DNA of 63,933 nucleotides, the filler included, from Eremomyces bilateralis CBS 781.70 (Eukaryota), in assembly GCA_010015585.1 (NCBI GenBank). It is 6 parts of 6 records of this genome, joined end to end, with 100 filler letters (N's around TTAATTAATTAA, not from the genome) between each part and the next. Parts side by side here need not be neighbours in the genome. Positions count along the whole stretch, not along the records: positions 28,056 to 38,537 come from ML975210.1; positions 38,638 to 48,825 come from ML975212.1; 4 more parts are not named here. One strand, 5' to 3'. The first letter of the stretch is position 1, and every line of letters begins with the position of its first letter. Of the stretch, positions 38,110 to 48,925 are shown in pieces. Both the position numbers and the translations under genes were made by a program. Under the pieces are notes generated by a model that made no database searches, had not been told where the DNA came from, and was given only the letters and a program-made list of their open reading frames with translations.

Positions 38110-38537
38110 ATGTCAACCGCGCCCTTCCTCTCAAACGAGATATCTTCTATACCGCCAGATGAGATGTATTTATCATCATCGCCCTCTATCTCGTCCACAT
38201 CTTCAGATTCGACTCCCCGACCAAAACGTCCTTCCCCAAGACGATCCAAATCCCCTACTAGATATCGGCAGATTCGGCGTGTTGCAGGAAGAAAAAGGCT
38301 TCAGCCATTTGACAAATTACGCGAAACATTATACCTATGGCGAGAGCAACAGTTCACATTTAAAAAATTTCTCCGCGCCTGGTTACTATCGGATAACCAC
38401 CATGGTGCCTTGGGGAGGGCTACAAGGGTTGGATTATTCCGGGAACTCTTAGAAGAGGAGGAAATCCGTGAGGTTGTTGGCCATCACCCCTCAAGCCGCC
38501 GTAATTGGCAACCTCTCCTCAAAGAACTTGATGGCTT
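38110..38537 (+). CDS. N-terminus of a probable transposon-associated protein, truncated by the contig end
   Basis: Open ORF with a Ser-rich then basic N-terminus and KLRETLYLWREQQFTFKKFLRAW. From memory it resembles N-termini of fungal DUF6589-type proteins (not verified). Confidence 0.35.
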
Positions 38538-38637
38538 NNNNNNNNNNNNNNNNNNNNNNNNNNNNNNNNNNNNNNNNNNNNTTAATTAATTAANNNNNNN
38601 NNNNNNNNNNNNNNNNNNNNNNNNNNNNNNNNNNNNN

Positions 38638-38910
38638 TAGGCCTCGGATGGGTGCGGGTGGGTTGGGTTGGGGTTCTCTTGGCGTGCGGGTGGGGTGGGG
38701 TGGGGTTCTCCAAACCTGGATTCCCAACCCAACCCCACCCGCATGCCAAGCAACCCAAACCCAACCCCACCCGCAGGCAACCAGGGACAAACCCAACCCC
38801 ACCCCATGCCAAGAAACCTTGGGGGAACCGCGGGGTGGGGTTTTCTGCGGGTTCAACCCCAACCGCAAGATGGGTTGGGTTTCTTGGCGCATCTGATGGG
38901 TTTCTTGGCA
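38638..38910. repeat. Left TIR and G/C-rich subterminal repeats (GGGTGGGGTTGGG / CCCAACCCCACCC); mirrored at 45414-45676
   Basis: About 38790-38889 is a near-exact reverse complement of about 45416-45512. Confidence 0.9.
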
Positions 38911-39347
38911 TTATTAAAAGGGCTTTAGACTAGATTAGGCTAGTAGCATATAGAGAGAGAGATTCATACGCCCGTCAGGCCTCTCTGCGAGGCCCATGTG
39001 GGGAACTAGCTAGCTAGTAGCATATAGAAGATGTGGTAGTCAGATGTGGTAGTCAGATATGGTAGTTTAGTCACGCGGTATAAAATGTAAGTAGGAAGCT
39101 TTCTATTTAATTCTGGCTATAGAAGTTTATCCGGCGCATTAAGCAGGATCATTAATCTAAGAGTATACGATGCTCACTCACCCATCGTATACCCAAACCT
39201 GCGACTTGTTATTCGCCTTAACTGACAAATTGGAGAATTATAAAAACGCCATCCATTGACACCCATAACTCATGATATACGTTAAGCCATAACTAAAATA
39301 TATTAGTTTATATAATCATGGTAGGATTCAGACCTTACCTTCACGTT

Positions 39348-39889
39348 TTACTTTCGAGCGTGCTTCCTAACCGAAATGAAAGACCCGTCGCACAACCTTT
39401 CCACCAGCTCGATATCCTTCGCCTGGAGAGTTACGCGCTTGGCATGGATGGCACAGAGGTTGGAATCTACGGTGTGTTAGTTATGTGGTAGTCAGGAGGA
39501 AGTAAATAAAAACATACTCTCAAAAAGCTTTACAAGGTATGCTTCTGATGCTTCTTGGAGCGCCTCGAGCGCAGACCTCTGGAAACGATACCCTCCATCG
39601 TAATTGAAGTCACCTGAGATCTCGCGCACAAGTCGAGCAAATGGCAATTTCGGAATCAGCAGTTCGGTTGATTTTGCCAACTGCTTGATCTCTCGAAGCA
39701 CAGACACTTAGAGGTTTAGCTACTACTACACCGACTACTACACAGAAACTTACTGCCAGGACGTTTGAAGTATGCGCCAGTCTTCGTCTTCCTTACAGGC
39801 TTTCTCGAATTCGTAGACCGTTTCCTGGCTGGGGGGCGCTTTCTGCCAGGAGTGTGCTTTCCGCCGGGGGGGCGGTTTTGAGATGGCAT
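39348..39889 (-). CDS. Divergent histone H3-like protein (147 aa, 3 exons)
   Basis: Exons 39889-39754, 39706-39518 and 39466-39348 with GT-AG introns and CTAA-type branch sites. Product [147 protein letters not shown], a complete H3 histone fold. Confidence 0.93.
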
Positions 39890-40660
39890 GGTTATTCGTC
39901 GAATCGTTGGTAGAGTTATGACCGTATTGTTTGTTAGGTTTCGGTTGTAGAGAAGGCTAGGTATGGAGGAGAAAAAGGAAGGTAAAGAGAGAGGACTAGG
40001 TTGTTGGTTAGTCGACGTTGTTATGAGTAAAGGTAAGGTTTCTCACCAGGTTATCACTTCTGAAAATAATTCCAAGTCCTTTTTACCAATAACTCTGGCA
40101 AATCTTGATCGTTTTCGACCAAACGAAGTAATCTCAGCGTGGTAGTACTTGTGGTGGTCACCAAGAGCAATTTCCTCAAGATGGGAGATCTCCTAGGATA
40201 TATAAAAATTAGTAAGAAGTGAAAATTAATGTCGAAAGTGACATTCAAGTGGCTAACCGTCCTGCGAGCTTAATTCTACAAGATTTAAGCTTACTACTGC
40301 ATTCGAAGTGCGGTAGTATTCGTGGTAGTCGAGTTATGTTATAAAAGGAAGAAAAACGGGTGAGTTAACGAAAATATCGAGATTTCTAAGTGTTTTGAAT
40401 TTCTTCGTATTTCACTTCACTTATGAAAACCTAACCAAAATAAACTATCCCCCAAACAAAACCTTTACCAAAACAAAACTTTCCTCTTAATGAAACTTTC
40501 TTCCCCTTACCCTAACGCCTCCCAATCTTGATTATTTTCCATGCTAGTTACAAGATTGTAAGAGTTATTAATATTTCAAAAGTGAGAATCTCAATAACTA
40601 ACTTTCTGCTAGCTTCACCTATCCCATGATCCAGTGACCGGCAGTCTTAACGAGACGACA

Positions 40661-42090
40661 ATGACGGCTAAGCGGAAGGCGGTGGCCGATCTCTCTACCA
40701 ATGCGAATACAGCTCGCGAGCGAAAGCGTCGGGATGCCCGGGATGCAAGTCGCGTCGAATATGAGAACCGCAAAAAGGCTGATCAGACTGCGGTATCGCG
40801 CGCACGGGCAGCTATAGCGCTGTTACCAAATTTCAGGTCGAGTGGGACCGACAAGCGACAAGAGCTACTTCGTGTAGCGGTCGAACAAGTGACCAACGAA
40901 AGGTCAGTTATGTGTACCAGTCAATGTGGTAACTAGTATTTTTACTAACTAATCTAGGATTAATCGTGGAGTCCATCACTCGCTCCATCCCCTTGCGGCG
41001 GTCCCTGCGACGACTAGGACTGCGCAGGACCCAAAGTTATTTCTCAATAAGCTCTATCCCGATGCCGATAACGATAGCGATTGGGAAGATCTCCATGAAG
41101 ATATGGAAACTTCGGTCGATCAGGATTTCGAAATCCTAAACAGTATGCCCCTCCCGCCAACATTTAATTCGACGGATTTCAGGTTCTGGGCGGAATACAA
41201 GCGAACTGTTGCCAAATATGATTTCTATAATCGGATCGAATTGGGAGAATGGCGTCGCTTTACCAAACGATGGCAACGAGCACGAAAGGCGGTTCTATAT
41301 AAGAGCCGAGCTATCAACCGAGCGAGAACTTTAGACGGTCGGCTTAGCCTTGGAAAGCTATGGCTTCTGGTAGACACCGTGGAGATTTTGGTAAGTGTGG
41401 TAGTTTATGTGGTAGTCCTATACTAACCGCATTTAGCGATCGAGTGCCGAACTGCAAAGGCTGATCCGAGCAGATTGGCAATCTTTCGGCTTAAACGCCG
41501 AAGACCAAGATTGCGCAGAACTTGAGTGGATAGTTCGTAATGCCCCGGCGTTGGACGACTGGCTGTCATCTCCGGCGTTCTACTCGAAGGGTCATTTAGA
41601 TCTTCACCTCGTATGGCCGAAGCTCCCCTTCGCGATTCGATATTTTCTCGTAAGTTTAATGCGGTAGTCAGCGTGGTAGTCTCTTTTCGGCTTATTTGAC
41701 ATTTTAAATCAGAACCAGAGCGCCACTTTCTCAACGGCGCCTTTTGCGCACCAAATTTTCAAGGATCGACACGAGAGAGGCATTTTAATTGGGTTCCTCG
41801 CTTGGGCTGGTCGATACCAATATGAATTCCCCTTCCCGGCTTGCTTGTGGGATGCGCCTGATAACGATGAAAGATGGGGACTTTCTAAGATTAGCGACTC
41901 GAAGACGGCTGCCATGATGTATGATGGTTTTAAACTCGTCTTTAAACCGCCTGGGAACTGCGAAGCCCCCCCTGACGCCTACCGCATCGACTGTCCAATT
42001 GATAGAGATGCGATGATCGGAGATGGATACTTGCTATCGCTCCGCCCTAACGGTGAGCGAGGGAACGCTATTTGGAAAAGGAGGATGTGA
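40661..42090 (+). CDS. Hypothetical protein (421 aa, 4 exons), transposon cargo
   Basis: Exons 40661-40902, 40958-41390, 41437-41649 and 41713-42090 join without stops through canonical GT-AG introns. Basic helical N-terminus, acidic patch (DADNDSDWEDLHED) and Trp-rich C-terminal domain. Confidence 0.8.
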
Positions 42091-42379
42091 CAAGGCATCT
42101 AGCTATTCGATTGATAGGCTGGAACATTGACTACCACACCGACTAGTACGCCCTTCGCAGACATAGTTCTGCAGCATATGAATAACGGATTCGGGCAGAA
42201 TATGGGGGGCTGGTGGACCAGGAATTAATATACATTCTGCTTCAACCCATTTCCTGTGATGAATTGATAATATTCTATTAAGTACTTCAATCACGATAAT
42301 ACATTACTGCCATACTGACTACCACACTGACTACCACTTTTTATCATTACTTAAACCTGTCTTTTACTCTATTTCTAAG

Positions 42380-45281
42380 ATGGCCTCTTTATACACTGAT
42401 TCAGAGCCGACTGAGCCCCAGTCAAGCTTTACCGAAGCAAGGTCTGCGATCGAATCGTCCGACGGAATCGGTGTCGATGGTCTCCGGCAGTATACGATCA
42501 AAAACACGACATATTATGTTGTTGACCGAGATAACCCCGCGCCGTTTGACGATTGGTGGAAGAGAACCCAATTCTGCCTTAGGAACAAGGCTAGAGACCC
42601 TGACAAGCGGTTTAAGCCAACGTGGGATAGAAAAGTGGTTCGTTCTGATTACTGGTCCTACTTCGAAGAAATCGCCGAGTCTGCTACAGGGGTTGTTAAG
42701 ATCCATTGTATCCGCTGTGGTTTTGTTGGGGGCCACCCAGCTGTAATCACTGAGAGGCTAGACGGCAGTCTCGGATCACGTACTGGCAATTCGACAATGA
42801 AGGCGCACCTTCGGTCAGGAAATTGTATGCAGAAAGCTGATAACAAGGGCCTAACCCAGTTGACATTTCACGATATTACCGATCCAAGGCGCAAGGTAAG
42901 AGACTACTATATGAACTAGTATATACACTTTCCCTAATAGAGTTTAGGCTAGAGTTGATAGGACCCGAGCTGCCCAATTCCTTGAGGGACAACGGGTTAC
43001 CTCGAAGCATTTCTTGGATTGTCTGGCTCGAATGATTGTTTCTCGGGGTATCCCTATGAACTTCTTCGAGGATCCTGAAGTCCAGCGGTCCTATCTCTGC
43101 CTAACGACTACTGAACCACCATTTAGTAACCCAAAGAGTCTGCGGAATCGGATCTTCACTCTCTATGAATCCGCGACGAAGGCAACTCGGGATGATCTTG
43201 CCCACCCTGATAGCATCAAACAGAAAATTGGTCTCGCGGTCGATGGCTGGTCCGCAAAGTCTGGCCGTACAGGCTATCTTGGAATTCTCGCCTATTGGAC
43301 CTCGACGGACATGAAATGGCATGAGGCGCTTTTAGCGTTCACGCCAACTGAGGCTAGGCATTCCGGTCGGGACCTAGCGGAGATGATCATGCAGACACTA
43401 CTCAAGTTTCGAATTACTGACCGTCTACGCTCAATCACTGCAGACAATGCTTCGTCAAATGGCACGATGGTCGCGTCTATCAACGACGAGTTGAAATTTC
43501 TGTTGTCGTCACATGGAAGCTTAGACCCGGTCGTATCAATCCCTTGTATCTCCCATGTTATTCAGCTGGTCCAGGGAGAACTCCTCAAAGGCCTCAAGTG
43601 CGTGGCGGAGAATTCGGAGATTATCCGAAACTGGGATGAAAAGGAGTTTGTGAGGGAGCAGCGCGCAATTGCGTCGTATGGGGCGGTGCCAATTACACTT
43701 TGGAAGGTGAGTCTCTACTCCTTGTAAAATGTGGTAGTCAATGTGGTAGTCATTACTAATATAGTCTAGGCTCGACAGACCGCTAAACACATTGTGGCAT
43801 CGGAGAAACGACTGAGAGATTTTCTTAAGATCCAGCAGGAGCTTATCGACCAGGAACACCCGACCCTGGACAAACAGGAGCTCTTCTGGGTTAGCCTGCT
43901 CCGGCAACCCCTGCGTCCACTACAAGACGTCAAAACACGATGGGACTCGACTACGCAGATGCTTGTTCGACTCCGCATTCTTCGCCAACCCCTTGACCGT
44001 TACTGGCGTCAGGTTTCGAAGCAGTCGATGGCCCTCGATCCTCAACAATGGGATATCATCGAATACCTTATTGATATGACCGCTCCACTAAATGCATTTA
44101 CGCAGTCAATTGGCAGATCGTCGTCCCCATCAATCCACAGAGTCTACACGATCTACGATACTACATTCGGCCATCTTGAATCTACGATCGATAGACTTAA
44201 GAAGAAGCATGCTTCGTGGAAGATTAGCCTCAAGGAGAGCTTGGTGAATGCCGTAGAGAAGTTGAAGAAGTACTATAGCAGGACTAGTGTTTTTACAGCT
44301 CTTGATGAAGCATACGCGTTCTCTTTCCTACTCAGTCCTAGGACACGAAATACTGCTTTCACTTCATCGGCTTGGAAAGGGAGGGCTAATAACCGGGGAC
44401 AAAATTACCGAACAGTCTACATGGGGAGACTGCGGGATCATTGGGAGGAACACTACAAGGTTGACAACCCAACCCAATCAGAAGAGGGAGCAGCTTATAC
44501 ACGCGGAATTGACTATGTGCGTCAACGGTTGCATCAAGATGTTCAGCCCACCGAGGGTTCAAACTCTCGATCAATGGACGAGCTAGCAAGATATTTTGAC
44601 TCTTGTAAGTACATATTCCCCTTTATTCATACTCCGATCTCTTACTAATCTTTTAATATAGGCTCGTCAAACAATATTGAACCTCTCGAAGCTTGGCGCG
44701 AGAATGGAAACTACATAGCCTACCCAACAGTTGCTCGGATGGCTCGCGACTACCTTTGTTCTCCGGCAGCATCCGTTGGCGTCGAGCGCCTATTTTTCCT
44801 TGCTCGCTGTCAGTCAGAGTTCAATCGGGAGTATAAGAGTGAAACACTCGAGGCGATCATGGTGGCCAAGGCGAGGTTGAAGCTTGACTTTCAGATAGAA
44901 TCCGAGCGTCTCCAAGAGCTGGAGGAAGAGCTAGGTGATATCGGTGATGCTGATACGTCTACGCTAGACACACTGGTTATAGAATCGGACACTCGTAAGA
45001 GGCATACTAATAGTATCCTGCGCGCGACGGGTGAAGGGGAAATTCATTTGATCAGCGACGGTGAAGATAGTGAGGATGATGTTGAGGATGACGGGAGGGA
45101 TAGCGATCCTAATACTGGGGAAGATAGGAGGGACGCTGATCAGAGCGATGGTCTAGGGGAACCAGACGAGACACTAGATGAGTTAGGTGAAGATTACGAT
45201 ACAGCTGGAGTAGCAAAGAGGACACGAAGTAGTACTATGGCAAGTGAACCTCAAGACCGTTCGAAGCGGAATAGGTTATAG
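42380..45281 (+). CDS. hAT transposase (909 aa, 4 exons)
   Basis: Exons 42380-42895, 42948-43706, 43770-44604 and 44662-45281 splice in frame. BED-like finger (YWSYF...CIRC...MKAHL), AVDGWS, TADNAS, CISH, TRWDST and YPTVARMARDYLCSPAASVGVERLF. Confidence 0.93.
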
Positions 45282-45676
45282 ATAGGTTTTCTTCTATTAG
45301 AGTACTTTTGAATGAAATTAATTTCTTTCCCTTGACTACCACACTTGACTACCACATATGACTACTATATTTAATCCCCTATTCTATCCTACAACCGGAT
45401 CGTACCTCTAGTTATGCCAAGAAACCCAACCCATCTTGCGGTTGGGGCTAAACCCGCAGAAAACCCCACCCCGCGGTTCCCCAAGGTTTCTTGGCATGGG
45501 GTGGGGTTGGGGCGGGGTTTCTTGGCGTGCGGGTGGGGTTGGGGTGGGGTTTTGAAATATTGGCTTCCCACCCCAACCCCACCCGCAAACCGGCGGGTGG
45601 GGTTGGGTTTGGGTTTGCCAAGAACCCGCACCCAACCCGTTTTTTGCGGGTTGAACCCGCACCCATCCGAGGCCTA

Positions 45677-46096
45677 GTTGAAGGCACCGAATAAAGTAAC
45701 GAGCGCCCGTGGGCCATCGGCGGCGCCCAGTGCCGTCAACGCTGCTGCCACGACAATCTGAAGTCCCAGACATCCATTGATGAGGAAAGAAAAAATCTTA
45801 TATTGCTGTTTTGAGGTGGCTTCAGAGTTGACAATGCGTGCGTAGATTCCAATGTTTGATGCGGGTCGGCGAAAATACGCTGTGGCCGTGAGAGTCGGAG
45901 CTTCGCTGATTCCAAGGATGGTTCGGAACGCCGTGAGTTTGTCGGTGTGAGGGATCAAACGAGATCGTTCCCTTCCCAAAGGTGCGCTGTGTTCGGCAGG
46001 CCTGCTTTCGTTTCCGTCTCCTGTTCCCGTATCGTCCTCTGCAGCAGTTGAGAGGGGGCCTGGATCTTGGCTTTCAATATCATTGCGAGTAAACAT
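45677..46096 (-). pseudogene. SLATT-like (fungal 2TM) membrane protein gene truncated by the hAT insertion
   Basis: ...YKIFSFLINGCLGLQIVVAAALTALGAADGPRALVTLFGAFN runs directly into the TIR-supplied TAG. The pattern matches the fungal SLATT two-TM domain as recalled, not searched. Confidence 0.65.
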
Positions 46097-47198
46097 TGAG
46101 CTCAAAGCAGCTCTGCTTCGTGCAAGAGTTTAGTGGACTGTTGGGCTTCGCATAGGCTTCCACCTCAAGGTTTTGGCGCATCTGAAGCGGTTCTTTGGAT
46201 AAAACCTTTCCTTTCCTCCTTTGACTTGGGGATCAATCCCTTTTGAAATAACAACAAGCCCTTCAGCTCACCATTGCTCAACCGTGCATGTTCATGTTCA
46301 TTTCGGGAAGGATCATCAATACAGTGCCGGGACCCCATGTCATTTTCTGTTCATCGGTCTGGGTCGTTGCATACGATTGGCGATGGAATTATTACTTGAG
46401 CAGGCCGAGGCGAGCTACAACTCGAATGAGAAACCTTTGAACCCTTGCGGTCTACCAGTTCTGAAATAAGTATTGCTGTCGCATTAGCGTGCGGGTGACA
46501 GGGTGTATAAGCCCCACAACCTCTTTTATGGCGGCTCCGTCCGGGGCTAGGACCCTAAGCGAACCCCCTGCCACCCGGAAGGGGGGGGAATGTGCTTGTA
46601 TGTGCCCTCTACGTCCAGTAGTTTGATTGGACTAAGAAACTATTGATATGGATCATGAGATACTAAATGCTTATGAATTCTCAAGATCTTCATGGGCGAG
46701 ACGTCCTCGAGCCGGGACGATATCTGAAGACAAAACATCGTTATCGAACGACACCCTACTTCGCAGAGAAAGGCTAGAGGCATGCTCTACCCAGCACACC
46801 TTTTCGTATTTATTGCCAGACAAATCTGACGCTCTTTGGATCAACCTTTCGAACCGGAGATGCACCATAACTAATGTTGGTATACCCGCACCACACGCCC
46901 AATATTGTTCCATATATTGGGCGCTGGCCACCCCAAAGTACATACCACCCCAACATACACAGAATGATCCAGCGAAAGGAGATTTGCCATTTAACGCCCA
47001 AGATAAAGAATTTGCATACTAATTAATAATAGAATCATTGCAAAGCCATCGAAACTACTAATCCCTCGTGCTAAAGTAAATTTAGATCGCGTTGGGCGGG
47101 TTTTGCATTACTCTGAAGTTCCACCCTCCACGGAATGAAAGTGGTATCACTAACTTCAATCTCTAAAAACACAAGATGTCGCCAGAAGAATATACGAA

Positions 47199-48568
47199 TT
47201 AAACCGTAGGAGGATGGATAAACTGTGGTTGGGGGCCCTGGCGAGCTTTTTCGCGTGTTTTTCGGTCTTTCTCACGTTTCCTGACCTTCGTAGCCTCTTT
47301 CCTCTCCTCCTTCGCCTGCTCCTTGGCTAGCCTCTCCGCCTCACGATTATCTACAACCTTCCTACAGTCTCCTACCGTGAGCATACCTCCTTGGAATACG
47401 CGTCGTCTCCGACCCGCTTTGGCATTAATCAGTTTCATCTTTTGCGCGAGCTCTGAGGTGGCGAGATCGTGCATCGCCTTCTTCGCTTCAAGAGCCTGGG
47501 TCTGGGCACCTCGTGATAGTTGGTCAACGCGGTGGAGGATTTTCATTGGAACACCCTCTTCCTCGAGTTCCTTGTAGATGATATTCTTCAATCGTGAGGT
47601 CGTTCGCACAGTGGTGGGAGTCTTGAGCTGTGTCTCCTCTGGATTCCGCTCCGGAGGAGGAGTAAGGAGCCTCTCTACATCGATCGATGGAAGTGGTGGG
47701 CGGACCTTATCAAGTACGATATCAGGATTCCACGGATAGAGTCCTGCCTGGCGAAAACCGCTCCGGATCGTGCCCTCGGTCAGGGCCTCTTTCCGTACAT
47801 CACCAATCGCATCCAGAAACTCTAATTTCCCGTACTCCGTGATGCCCTCGCGGACAGCGTATTCATACCGCTTCCCATGATAGTGCTTCATCGGCTGGAA
47901 ACACGAGAGGTCGAGAGGTTGCATAATATGTGTAACGTGAGGAGGGAAGGCGATCGGGAAGATCGCGTGTTCGTAGCAGAAATCTACAAAAAGGGTCGTT
48001 TTATGGCACCCATGCCCATCCAGGAAAAGCACTCGTTTTTGACTGGTATGACCACGACCTTCCGGTCTCGTATGGCGCTCAAAATGCTGTATCCAATCGA
48101 ATGCGAAGAGGTCGTTATTGAACGCTGTATCCGTCGCACCAAGGAGGATATCATCGTCGATATTGATCTCATCCTGGACCCAGCCTTCTAGGATCCATTT
48201 CCCCTTCATGATCAAAGAGGCGGGAATCTTCTTCCCTAGGGCGTTCACTCCCTCCACGATGGTGGCAGACTCGCGGTTCACAGGCACTGCGATCCTGTTA
48301 TAATTATCGTTTCCGGTATCCCGTACGAGCACGATCATCTTAGGATTACCAACCCCGATCATGAACCCCGATTCATCCATATTCCACATATTCTCCGGTT
48401 GTATGTCGTGTAGGTCGAGCCACGCGCGAGTCTCCTCGAACCAGTGCTGGAGATGATCGAAATCCTCCGCCTCGCGTCGCTTTATATCTCGTGGTCTCGA
48501 TGATATAGTTTTGATCTCAGGGTGTCGCATCAGATACCGGGCAACCCAATGTTGCCCAAGAGGTTTAA
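47199..48568 (-). mobile_element. pogo/Fot1-type (DDE_1) transposase, 5' part cut by the TTAA element
   Basis: PLGQHWVARYL, WNMDESGF, LFLDGHGCH, FPPHVTHIMQPLDL, SGFRQAGLYP. Confidence 0.9.
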
Positions 48569-48825
48569 GGGTGACGGGTTGGTCTAGATTGCTTTTATAT
48601 ACACGAGGCAGATTGATTTATATACAGTAAGATAAGAATAGGTTTTTAAAGTGTGAAAAGAAAAAAGAGAAGGAAAAGAAAGATGTAAAAGAACGTAGGC
48701 GTTGAGGTCCGGGGGGGTAGGAGGGCGGGGAGGAGCTTGAGGGGCGGGTCCTGGTCGTAGAGGGCTAAAGGTCTCGGTATGCCTCGTTTTGGGTCCCTGT
48801 ACCGTAGCGATCCAGCTCTCAGCCT
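48569..48825. mobile_element. Second copy of the terminus of the unclassified TTAA-associated element
   Basis: Near-identical to 25829-26085 and begins right after TTAA at 48565-48568. Confidence 0.8.
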
Positions 48826-48925
48826 NNNNNNNNNNNNNNNNNNNNNNNNNNNNNNNNNNNNNNNNNNNNTTAATTAATTAANNNNNNNNNNNNNNNNNNN
48901 NNNNNNNNNNNNNNNNNNNNNNNNN

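Larger units (their letters stand above)
38638..45676 (+). mobile_element. ~7.0-kb hAT transposon carrying a histone H3-like gene and an unknown gene
   Basis: Perfect terminal inverted repeat TAGGCCTCGGATGGGTGCGGGT (38638) / ACCCGCACCCATCCGAGGCCTA (45676). Long imperfect inverted subterminal blocks. Three intact spliced genes inside. The left TSD is lost at the contig edge. Confidence 0.9.

Noticed and set aside
38582..38933. Multiple overlapping ORFs at both ends of the hAT element (also 45389-45773)
   Set aside because: They are artefacts of stop-poor G/C-rich subterminal repeats and N runs.
39348..39889. Calling the gene canonical histone H3 (hht1) or definitively CenH3 (cse4)
   Set aside because: It lacks the invariant H3 tail and has only some CenH3 diagnostics (F84 is retained). 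It lies inside a transposon, so no gene symbol was assigned.
46485..46655. Possible LINE/SINE 3' end
   Set aside because: The resemblance is weak, with no second copy or TSD in the window.
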